A DNA stretch of 64,000 nucleotides from Octopus vulgaris (taxonomy: Eukaryota), in the NCBI GenBank assembly GCA_951406725.2, contig OX597817.1:110360001-110424000 (forward strand). Reading direction: 5' to 3'. A program made the position numbers and the translations under genes. The notes below the pieces were generated by a model. The model did no database searches and was not told where the DNA came from. It worked only from the letters and a program-made list of their open reading frames with translations. Numbering within the stretch: position 1 is the first letter of the stretch; each line of letters begins with the position of its first letter. Of the stretch, positions 39,527-50,530 are shown one piece after another.

Positions 39527-41113
39527 GATAGTTGTTTCCGTTACCTAGGTGACCAAGTCAGTAGCGGGGGCGGGTGTGCTGAAAGTATAACTGCTAGAGT
39601 AAGAATAGCCTGGGCAAAGTTTAGAGAGCTCTTACCCCTGCTGGTGACAAAAGGCCTCTCGCTCAAAGTAAAAGGCAGACTGTATGATGCATGAGTACGT
39701 ACAGCCATGCTACATGGTAGTGAAACTTGGGCTGTGACTGCTGAGGATTTGCGTAAGCTCGCAAGAAATGAAGCTAGTATGCTCTGATGGATGTGTAACG
39801 TCAGTGTTCATGATCGACAGAGTGTAAGTACCTTGAGAGAAAAAGTTGAACCTAAGAAGCATCAGTTGTTGTGTGCAAGAGAGACGTTTGCGCTGGTATG
39901 GTCATGTGATGAGAATGGCTGAAGATAGTTGTGTGCGAAAGTGCCACACCTTGGTAGTTGAGGGGACCTGTGGAAGAGGTAGACCCAGGAAAACCTGGGT
40001 CGAGGTGGTGAAGCACGACCTTCGAACTTTAGGTTTCACCAAGGAAATGACCAGAGACCGAGACCTTTGGAAGTATGCTGTGCGTGAGAAAACCCGGCAA
40101 GACCAGTGAGAACAGTCAAAATCAAAATCAAACCAAATATCAGAAAGCAGAACCAAATTGAGGTCAATCAACATCAGGGCCCCCGTGCAGGTGACACGTA
40201 AAAGCACCATCCGTTCGTGGCCGTTTGCCAGCCCTGTCTGGCCCCCGTGTCGGTGGCACATAAAAGTACCATCCGTTCGTGTTCGTTGCCAGCCTGGCCT
40301 GGCCCCTGTGCCGGTGACACGTAAAAGCACCATCCGTTCGTGGCCGTTTGCCAGCTCTGTCTGGCCCCCGTGCCGGTGACACGTAAAAGTACCATCCATT
40401 CGTGGCTGTTTGCCAGCCCTGTCTGGCCCCCATGTCGGTGGCATGTAAAAGCACCATCCGTTCGTGTCCGTTGCCAGCCTCGCCTGGCCCCCGTGCCGGT
40501 GACACGTAAAAGCACCATCCGTCCGTGGCCGTTTGCCAGCTCTGTCTGGCCCTCGTGTTGGTGGCACGTAAAAGCACCATCCGTTTGTGTCCGTTGCCAG
40601 CCTTGCCTGGCCCCCGTGCCGATGACACGTAAAAGCACCATCTGTTTCGTGGCCGTTTGCCAGCTCTGTCTGGCCCCCGTGTTGGTGGCACGTAAAAGCA
40701 CCATCCGTTCGTGTCCGTTGCCAGCCTCGCCTGGCCCCCGTGCCGGTGACACATAAAAGCACCATCCGTTTCGTGGCCGTTTGCCAGCTCTGTCTGGCCC
40801 CCGTGTTGGTGGCATGTAAAAGCACCATCCATTCGTGTCCATTGCCAGCCTCGCCTGGCCCCTGTGCCGGTGACACGTAAAAGCACCATCCGTTCGTGGC
40901 CGTTTGCCAGCTCTGTCTGGCACCTGTGCAAGTGGCACGTAAAAAGCACCCACTACACTCACGGAGTGGTTGGCGTTAGGAAGGGCATCCAGCCGTAGAA
41001 ACACTGCCAGATCTGACTGGGCCTGATGAAGCCTTCCAGCTTCACAGACCCCAGTTGAACCGTCCAACCCATGCTAGCATGGAGAATGGACGCTAAATGA
41101 TGATGATGATGAT
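39527..41113 (+). mobile_element. 5'-truncated RTE-clade LINE: ORF2 C-terminus, tandem-repeat 3' UTR and (GAT)n tail
   Basis: FRYLGDQVSSGGGCAESITARVRIAWAKFRELLPLL...MLHGSETWA...RRLRWYGHVMRM...GRGRPRKTW; in-frame stops. Confidence 0.92.
40183..40950 (+). repeat. Minisatellite, about 12 units of 61-63 bp within the RTE 3' UTR
   Basis: AAAAG(C/T)ACC recurs near 40200, 40262, 40323, 40385, 40447, 40508, 40570, 40631, 40694, 40755, 40818, 40879 and 40941. Confidence 0.95.
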
Positions 41114-41599
41114 ATATATATATATCAATTCATACCTGCTGTTATTTAGTTATATATAGATTCGATCCAATTTTTAATCCCAGCTGGACCCTGCATCATT
41201 TAATTCAAATATGCCATTGGCCATAAAAGGAGTGTAAGGACTTATCATTTCCTTCTGTTTTTGTTATGTGTGTGTATGTGTAGTTTCACCCCAGCTCCAT
41301 TTTCTTCAAAGTACCCATTTTCAGTCTATGTGTATGTACACACACACATGCACATATATATATATATATAAAAGAATATAAGATGACAAAGAAATAAACG
41401 ATTATCTTATGAACTTCATTAGCTTATAAATGTTTCTGGTCGACTCATAGTTGAGTGCTTATAGCTTCATCAGAGTCTTGAATATGAAGTGCAGTTTATT
41501 TGGAGAAAGAATTGAGGCTAATGCAGTTTTGCACCACTCCATAAAAAATGCATTTTTTTGAAAAAAGTTTTTCAAATTCCTACGTTTTAGATGTTGGAG

Positions 41600-42345
41600 A
41601 TTACATCCATTTTCCATGCTGGCATAGGTTGGACAGTTCGACCTGGGTTTGGGAAGCCAGGAGGCTGCACCAGGCTCCAATCTGATCTGGTAGTGTTTCT
41701 ACAGCTGGATGCCCTTCCTAACACCAGCCACTCCATGAGTGTATATTTTTTCCCTTTTACGTGCCACCGGCACAGGTGCCAGGGTAGGCTGGCAGCAGCC
41801 ACGACTGGTTGGTGCTCTTTACATACCACCAGAACTACAATTTCCATTTGATTTTTTGATGTTGATGTACTTGACTCAATAGGTCTCCTCATGCACAGCC
41901 CTACGATCCAAGGTAAGCCGTCCTGCGATCTAAGGTACTTTGGATGGGCTGGGACTTCTATGTGAAGCTGGTGCAGGAAACAGCCATGAACTCACATTAT
42001 TTGTCGGGTCTTCGCAGTCACAGCATATCTCCAGAGGTCTCGGTCTTTCGTCATTGCCTCTGTGAGACCCAACGTTCGAAGGTCATGCTTGACCACCACA
42101 TCCCATGTCTTCCTGGGTCTACCTCTACCCCGGATTCCTTCAACTGTTTGGGAGTGGCACTTCTTCACACATCTCTCCCCATCCATCCATAGTACACGAC
42201 CATACCAGCGTAGACGTCTCTCTTGCACGCCACATCCAATGCTTCTTATGTCCAGCATTTCTCTCAGGGCACTTACACTCTGTCGTGTGTGCATTACACA
42301 TCCAACGGATCATGCTAGCTTCATTTCTTTCAAGCCTACACATGT
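41600..42345 (-). mobile_element. RTE LINE 3' fragment
   Basis: ERNEASMIRWMCN, QERRLRWYGRVLWMD...GRGRPRKTW. Confidence 0.88.
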
Positions 42346-42542
42346 CTATCTATCTCTTTATACACCTATCTATATGCTTATTGAGTTTGAAAGTTTCAAA
42401 ACGTAGTTTCTTGCATATCTAGAATCTCCGTCATCTACAACATAGGGAAAAAAAATTTCAAAAATGTTCAAAATTTTAAATGGGATGGGAAGTGGTGGTG
42501 GCATTTTCCAAGGAGAGGTGCAAAACTGCATCAGCCCCAAAG

Positions 42543-43317
42543 AATTATAGGCAGATGTCTGGAATAGGTCGCCCACTTAAGTTGGAATTTATCAATTTTG
42601 ACAGGGATTTTTCAGATTATTTTTTTCATGGTGCCCATGATCTGAAGCATCTTTTTAACGTAAAAAAACTTTTCGAAATTTTTTTTACCCCACCCCTCCC
42701 CCATCTTCCTCTCTCTTGACCAATTTTGGTTGATTTGGTGGGAACTACACAGAATGATTTCTTTGGACACTATGCATTTAAAAACTATAGGAGAAGCATT
42801 ATCAGCAAAACAAGAAAGTAAATATTTTCAGACAAAAAGGTATGTTATTTAAGGGAGATTTGGCTATTGTTTCCAGCATATCTCATGACCAGTAAGGTTT
42901 AGGGTTGATAAAAATCATAAATTTTCAAAAACAATGCTATAAATGGGGAGAAAATATTGAAAAACATTAATACTTGTCAGAGTGAGAAAGAAACAGGGAA
43001 GGTGATCATGGGAATGCTAGAAACAATAACCAAATCTCCCTTTAATCACACCTTTTCGTCAGAAAATATTTACTTTTTTCTTTCCTACCAAAAAGGCTTC
43101 TTCTATGGTTTTTAAGTGCGTAGTACCCCCCCAAATCATCATGTGCAATGACCACTAAATCGCCCAAAATCAGTTTGGAGAGATGGGTGGGGTGGAAGAT
43201 GGGTAAAGGAGACCATTTTTCACGGGCACTGTGAAAAAAAATGTCTGAAAAATTCCCGTCAAAACGGAGAAATTCCAATTTATGTGGGTAACCTATTCCA
43301 GACGTCCGCCGAATTAC
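42543..43317. repeat. Diverged long inverted repeat (old foldback/MITE), arms about 320-350 bp
   Basis: For example GTCTGGAATAGGT vs ACCTATTCCAGAC, AAAGTAAATATTTTC vs GAAAATATTTACTTT, AAGGGAGATTTGG vs CCAAATCTCCCTT. Confidence 0.75.
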
Positions 43318-43599
43318 ATTTATGCACAAAAATGCACTTCTGATTCGAGGCTCTGACGAGGCACACAACTATGAGTCCGCTGCATCTTATAGCAGAAACA
43401 GCAGCAAACCAATGAAGTTCATTTGCTTGTTACCACATATGCATTATCGGAATTGCCTTTAAGTATGGATGGATGGATAGATAGATAGAAGCACTATATG
43501 AGTACGTGCGTATTTTATTGTTAAATCTTAAATCAACCCTTATCATACAGACTCTGATCATAGGCATACTAACCTCGACTCAGCTTTTTTTTTTGCTAG

Positions 43600-43995
43600 G
43601 ACTTCATTCTTCAACGCGGTTTTCCTTTTTAAGAAAGTAGTCCGCGTTGAGAGATATTTAGCTGCTATTTCTGACAATTCGAACAACAACGTACTACTTC
43701 CGAAGTTGTCTCGTTGTGTGTATATGTTGTTTTGTATAAACCACGTCCACATGTGATATGAAGCGAACCAACCACAGCCGGAAGAATGATAATGTAAACA
43801 AAAATATAAATATCTGAGAATTATCTTCTCCTGAGTAAAAATCTTCAGCGCATAAAAGAAATAAAGAGAGTAAAAAGAATGATCTTAATCAGGATTACGG
43901 AAACATTCCTTGACTCTTCACTCATTAATGTTTAGTCTTCAGTTAATTGTGGGATTCATATAAGAGAAGAAATCGAAAACTAGTTGACGGTAAGA
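43600..43995 (+). promoter_or_regulatory. Candidate promoter / non-coding first exon of a downstream gene (donor ACG|GTAAGA after 43989)
   Basis: CpG-enriched, mostly non-repeat sequence ending in a consensus donor. Confidence 0.35.
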
Positions 43996-46550
43996 AAATA
44001 GTACTTTATTAATCATCAATATCTCTTTATTTTCTTCGTATTATTTGTAAATGTCGGAGACTTGATGTTGACCGGACTGCAATGCTATACTGTATCAGAT
44101 TCCTACCTTGTTGAAATCCTATTGGATCGAAAATTCGCTTTTATCCGCCTGGCTTAAGTACACGTAATGTGACGAGATCGAGTCAATAGACTGATATAAA
44201 TACGTGAATAGTATTTATATTAGTTTGTCTTTCTTTACCCTGTCATATACATGTTTGTTAACGTACTCCCCCTCCCCTTCTCTCTTTATATATATATGGT
44301 TAATGCCTATATATATAATATGTACTAGAATGTTTGACAAGATACCACAGATGGAAACCCTCTGTAGGTGAAGGCTAATTCAGTCTCTCTCCTCTTACTG
44401 AAGCGGACCTTACGAGCTATGGGCCAAGACATTTGGTACACTGGGAAGACATACCTAATGAAAATACAGAAAGGCTCTCAACATTACTGTAGTTTTAGTT
44501 ACCATCAGGTGAAAAATTTGTAATATCTTAACGTTGCTTCTCCAGTTTCTTGTGTCGGGCAAAACATCTCTGATGTTTGCTTTACACACGCACACGCCTT
44601 TGCGTGCGTGTTTCAGTGGAGAGTATGCGGTGGGGAGCACAATGAGGAGTTTTCACTGCATTTTTGACTTAGAGGAAAAAATAATTTTTACAAATGTTCA
44701 CTACTTTATAAAAATTATGTCAGCTAAGTAAATGATCCTCTCAAAATGAATTAACAACCACTGTAACTTATTCAAAACACCATTTCAGAAAATTATTTCC
44801 GTTCTCTTTGAGCATATAAAAGATGACTTCAGCTCAGGTAAAATGACTAAGACAAGACAAGATAAATAAATTTGCCTTTTCGATTCTCCCGAATTACATT
44901 TGAAAATAGTCATACACATCAATATCCATCCTTGGACATCAGAAAAGCAAAAAAAAAATTAAATATATAGATCAATTGAAAGAGTTTCACAGAAAAATGG
45001 CACGATAAGAAATTAACAAACCACAACTAAGTAAAAAAACTCAACATAAATATTCTCTTTGGCTTCTTCTTGATCTGCTGGGGGTGGCTTTCTTCCCAGT
45101 ATATTTTTACGCACCATGCAGTTGAAGAGAAGAAATTAACTGAAATTAGTTATTACTCGTTTTACCCCATTTTAGACTTTTTTTGGAAAATTATCAAATT
45201 AAACGTTAGTGTAGGGAAAAATTGACTTCGTATCCAACAGAGAAAAGAATATTGATTGTAAACATTAAACATTATCCACATATTTTAACAACCGCAATCA
45301 CAATCGGATCAAAGTTGAGAGATAAGTTCTTGGAAAAAAAAGTACCTGTCACCTGACAATGTTCCAAACTCTCTCAACTTCTACAAGAACAGCAATGATG
45401 ACTTATTTTTACTCCTTAAGGCGATGCAACAGTATGAAATGATGGCACAATACTTACAATGTAATGATTTCAAACAAGTAGAGAGAAAATGACAAGAAAT
45501 CAGAAATTACTCATTTTACCCCGTTTGCTAATTTTGGCCCTTCTTTATACATCATAATGTAAAAAAAAATTGTAAAATATACGCTACATATTATGCATTG
45601 TACAAACATCTGATATAGAACTCAGTAGTTTTCGCAGAGTGGAAAGATATGTTTTATATCAGCCACCAGAGGAAACTCACGCAAACTGTCAATTTTTTTT
45701 AATTGCTTAGCTCACATCACTCACCAACATTTGTGGAAATTACTAAGTGGAATTGCTAACTAAAATTATAGGTAAACACACCCATCTAGGCGCGCGCTCA
45801 CACAGGCTCCGTGCAGTCTATCTCGTTTGGACATGGAGTGATTGTTCTCAATTATGCCCTCATTTTACATTTCGACCTCCTGCTTCTTTCTAGCGATTAA
45901 TTTACATCGTGGTCAAGAAAATATCACCCGGGCGCGGATCTATATATTAACCCAGTTGGGTTTACCATTTTTTTCATGTCAGGATATATATCTATCCTGT
46001 ATTAAGGTCAGGGTAGCAATAAATTCAGCAATATTTTATGCATTATCCTAGTACATGCCATAATATCAACATTAGACTCTTTAGAAAGACACCTGTCTAT
46101 GTTTTCATTCTGTTCTATTTGCAGAAATAGGCCTCTTGTAAGTATACTTAAATGTGCGCAGATATGAATATCAAAGTAGGTTTTTAGCTTCAAATTGTAT
46201 TCTAGATTAACTTTATAATCATCCATAACCTCATCAACTGTATTAAGACAAACTATAATTTTAAATGGGAGCTGAACTGAAGAAGAATACGTTTGTGGAG
46301 AAGCTGTCTGGAAGCCAAATTCCATAACTGCTTCCGATTTCAGGTTGCAGTCGTTTAATTTCGCTAAAGTCAAAAGTGCCTTTTCCTTTGTAAAGTGCAT
46401 ACTCTACTATATGAACAGTTTCCATTTTCGTTCAAGAGTTCGTGCTTTGTCAAAACAACTAATATCTACTTGAATGTGTGAAATATTTTCCGGCAGTTAA
46501 AACGTGCCTGGGGCAATACATTTGTATTTCTACATTCCTATAAATCCAAA

Positions 46551-46866
46551 CAAAACAATTGCAGCGTGGAAGGTGTTTGTAAGCCATTTAAGAAACACTC
46601 AAAAGCCGTTCGATTCACTTCAACATTTAAGTTTAATTTGTCAAAATATTTTCGTCGCTAAAATCCGCGACCTGTTCACTGACAAATATCCGCACGAATT
46701 TTAGCGACGAAAATATTTTGACAAATTAAACTTAAATGTTGAAATGAATCGAACGGCTTTTGTGTGTTTCTTAAATGGCTTACAAACACCTTCCACGCTG
46801 CAATTGTTTTCGTTCCAGCACACGATCTCAGATCAAATCACTTGCTATGCGAGTACATCTCCGTAA
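46551..46866. mobile_element. Palindromic Penelope-like/retrozyme-like insertion with a 12-bp target-site duplication
   Basis: TATAAATCCAAA at 46539-46550 and 46867-46878; near-perfect arms 46552-46664 / 46698-46810; hammerhead motif at the centre. Confidence 0.65.
46636..46687 (-). ncRNA. Variant minimal hammerhead ribozyme motif (G3:C8 core)
   Basis: Minus strand reads ATTTGTCA-GTGAACA-G-GTCGC-GGATTTTA-GCGAC-GAA-AATATT-T|TGACAAAT; 8-bp stem I, 5-bp stem II, palindromic stem III. Confidence 0.55.
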
Positions 46867-47185
46867 TATAAATCCAAAGTTTACGGTTATATTCGTGTAA
46901 GCGTAACTTAATCGCTATATCGCTAGACAGCAAAAGTCCGAAGTCTACATTGGTATAAAGTAATACAAATAGTTCAAACAGTGGAATATGATTTGAACGG
47001 TGATGAAGAAAAGTTTAACACATCAGGCAGAATCCTTTGGAAAGTCAAACTTTTTGCTAGCGGCATGTCGTCCGTTCCACCGTATGAACTGTTTGTATGT
47101 CGGATGTTATAACTTTTTTTTTTCTTGTTTAAGCTCACGTCAACTCTAACTTAAGATCAAAGATACTCCACTTGTTACCCTTTTG

Positions 47186-47886
47186 GGATCTTTTCTTTTC
47201 TAGGTAACTAAAACATTTTAAACTTCGTATACTGGTAGAATGTGTTTATAAAACATCATTTTCTCTTGCCTTTCCTGAGAAAATTCTGTAGTTTGTAACA
47301 TATTTCGTCTTTAATTTCTTGCATTTCGGCAATTTCAACCAATCACTGGCGTCTACTGAGTTAAAAAGCATTCTGTGCCGTATGAATATGTCCCTCGTAT
47401 AAGAAACACATTGGGTTTATTTAGATTTGTGAAGAAAAAAAGATACCCTTCCCCCACCCCTAACCAACCCTAAATCTAAAATATATTGAAATGCAATAGA
47501 TCGATTCTAGGGTCATAATTTATGGGTGTCATATGAAATTGTCACTCATAATTATGACCCTAGAATCGATCTATTGCATTTCAGTATATTTTAGATTTAG
47601 GGTTGGTTAGGGGTGGGGGAAGGGTATCTTTTTTTCTTCACAAATCTAAATAAACCCAATGTGTTTCTTATACAGAATGCTTTTTAACTCAATAAACGCC
47701 AGTGATTGGTTGAAATTGCCGAAATACAAGAAATTAAAGACAAAATATGTTACAAACTACAGAATTTTCTCAGGAAAGCCAAGAGAAAATGATGTTTTAT
47801 AAACACATTCTACCAGTATACGAAGTTTAAATTTTTTAGTTACCTAGAAATTATGTTAAAAACTGCCTTTCAAACCGAAAAGATCC
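47186..47886. mobile_element. About 700-bp palindromic MITE with GGATC termini and 8-bp TSD (Merlin-like)
   Basis: GGATCTTTTC...GAAAAGATCC; TSD CCCTTTTG / CCATTTTG; arms pair almost to the centre at about 47533. Confidence 0.8.
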
Positions 47887-48584
47887 CCATTTTGTCTTAG
47901 GCGGTGTGCATCTAGGACCACACCCGATATGTATTCCACTTTTAAGATATGTTCCCCATATCACCCTAAAAGGTGTGATTCGAGGAATTCTGAGTACTTT
48001 TAAACTTGTTTTATCCCCATACAGCTTCATTATCTGCTTATATATGATATGCCCACTTCATATTCAAAATCTACTATTCTGTTGACACATTTTTAAGAAT
48101 TTCTCTGTACTCAGTTTCACAAAAGGAACAAAACTCTTCTATTTGTTCCATTTATTTCACTCTTATCCAAAAAGAACACAAATCAGTGAAAATGGTTGAG
48201 AAGTGAAACCATACACCCCTAAGTCTAGTGTAAGCAAAGGAAACAACATTATGTGCTAAAAGACAACACAGTGTAATTGTTTATACGTCAAAAAGAAGAC
48301 TTTGTTTGAAGCAAGCCTTTTTACAATATTTCAGATTGAACTGCAACACAGTCTGAATCAAAGATTGTGGAACACCCCTAATGACACCCCACGAAAGATA
48401 CAATGATACACAATAAAATATTGTATAAGCTATAAATTCCTATGTAATGCAGGAAAGTTAATGAGCAGATTTGGCTGTGTAGTTAAGTTTGCTTCACAAC
48501 TATGTGGTTTCAAGTTCAACCCCACTGCAAGGCACCTTGGACAAATGTACTCCACTATAACCCTGGGCTGACCTGTGCTTTGGG

Positions 48585-48990
48585 AGGGACTTACACTCTG
48601 TCGTGTATGCACACTGACATTACACATCCTGCGGAGCATACTGGCTTCATTCCTTGCAAGCTTACGCATGTCCTCAGTAGTCATGGCCCATGTTTCACTG
48701 TCATGTAGCATGGCTGTTCGTACACGTATCATACAGTCTACCTTTTACTCTGAGCAAGAGGCCCTTTGTCACCAGCAGAGGTAAAAGCTCTCTGAACTTT
48801 GCCCAGGCTATTCTTATTCTAGCAGCTACACTTTCAGTACACCTACCCTCGCTACTGACTTGGTCACCTAGGTAACAGAATCTATCAACTACTTCTAGTT
48901 TTTCTCCCTGGAATGTGGCAGAAGTTGTTCTCTGCACATTTTCAGTGTTTATTGCTCCCGAGCATCTGCCACATCAAAAATTGACTGTGC
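48585..48990 (-). mobile_element. RTE LINE ORF2 fragment
   Basis: GEKLEVVDRFCYLGDQVSSEG...ARIRIAWAKFRELLPLL...RTAMLHDSETWA. Confidence 0.88.
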
Positions 48991-49262
48991 AAAGTTTTAT
49001 GTATGTATGTATAGATGGATATACATACATGCACTCACACATCTTTCTCCTTTCCCTCTCTTATCTTTCCACACTTGACATAACTATGTTCCCCCTCCCC
49101 TGCGTTTTCTCATAGACAAGCATCCTGATTTTGAAATAGGATTAACCATATGCTCTGAGCCCAGAAGATTGCTTGGAGACATAAGGCATATACAAATCAG
49201 CCCAGATTATCATGTTACCATAGCATGAGATTATTAGTAATTCTTATAGGGTGCATTAAATG

Positions 49263-49293
<31 letters not shown>

Positions 49294-49301
49294 CATACAT
49301 A

Positions 49302-49620
49302 CAGTGGTTAGAGCGTCGAGCTTACGATCGTGAGGTTGTGAGCTCGAATCCCGGACCGGGCTGCGTGTTGTGTTCTTGAGCAAGACACTTTATTTCACGC
49401 TGCTCCAGTTCACTCAGCTGTAGAAATGAGTTGCGACGTCACAGGTGCCAAGCTGTATCAGCCCTTGCCTTTCCCTTGGATAACATCGGTGACGTGGAGA
49501 GAGGCCGGTATGCATGGGCGACTGCTGGTCTTCCATAAAACAACCTTGCCCAGACTTATGCCTCAGAGGGTAGCTCTCTAGGTGCAGACCCATGGTCAGT
49601 GTCTGACCGAAGGGGGTCAC
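49302..49620 (+). mobile_element. tRNA-derived SINE, family C
   Basis: CAGTGGTTAGAGCG ... GCTCGAATCCC head, body TTGTGTTCTTGAGCAAGACACTTTATTTCAC. Confidence 0.8.
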
Positions 49621-49650
49621 TTCACCACCTCACATACATATGTATGCATA

Positions 49651-50530
49651 TATTGAGTTGGCTATTCAATCAATGATACAATTACTGTTTCATCCCTGTA
49701 TCTTCTGCCATCTTGAAGACAGATCCATTATTCCCTGCTCAATGAATTTCCTGTCTTTACTGGTGAAAAATACTTCCAGATGAATTTTTACCATCGTCTT
49801 CAGAGTTGAAGGTCTGTCCGTTCATTGAATCTTGAACAGGTGGAAATATGAAGGTGCAAGGTTGGGCAAATATGGAGAGTGCAACAAAATTGCCCAGCTA
49901 AACTCCAGTAACTTTTGCCACATATGCAGAGAAGTATGCAATCTGGCATTGTCACGATTAGCAAGTTCTGGATGCTTCTGGTGGATTGTTCCATTTAATT
50001 TGTACAGTTGGTCCCAATACACATTTGAATTGATGGTTCTATCTGAGGGATGAAGGTCATAAAAGACAACACCCTTCCAATCCTACCAAATTGAAAGCAT
50101 AATCTTCTTCAAGTGAAGTCCTGCTTGAGAAGTTGTTTGTGGTAGCTCATTGCACTTCCCTCATGATTGTTTGTGCTTCATATTGTTATAGATGATCTAG
50201 TTTTTGTTCCCTTTCACTATTCTCTTGAAAAAGAGATCATTTTCTTCAGGCTTCTGCAATGAATAGCAGAGGAAAATCTGTTGGGCAAGGTTAGAATCAT
50301 TCGTTTGATGTGGGACTCAAACATCAAGCCTGCTGACATAACCAAATCGATGCAGATGGTTTTCAACACTCATTTTAGATATCTAGAGAATATCTGCATT
50401 TGTTCTGGTCTTTAGTGGGAGTAGGGGTTAGTGTCAACTAACTCTTTCATTTTATCACTGTTAATCTCAGTTGGTCAGCCAGAGCTAGGTGCATCTTGAC
50501 CCAAACAATTTCTCAATCAAAATTTTGCAA
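49651..50530 (-). mobile_element. Degraded mariner transposase
   Basis: DNARLH and HSPYLPNLAPSYFHLF correspond to mariner HDNARPH / YSPDLAPSDYHLF. Confidence 0.85.

Noticed and set aside
40183-40950. CRISPR-like array
   Set aside because: Units are contiguous near-identical repeats with no unique spacers and no cas genes; the context is a eukaryotic LINE 3' UTR.
39902-41067. Long ORFs of 261-324 aa on the minus strand
   Set aside because: All three frames are open only because the GC-rich tandem unit lacks stops; the translations are repetitive frame-shifted copies of each other.
47450-47625. Interstitial telomere repeats
   Set aside because: Only isolated CCCTAA/TTAGGG motifs inside a MITE, not an array.
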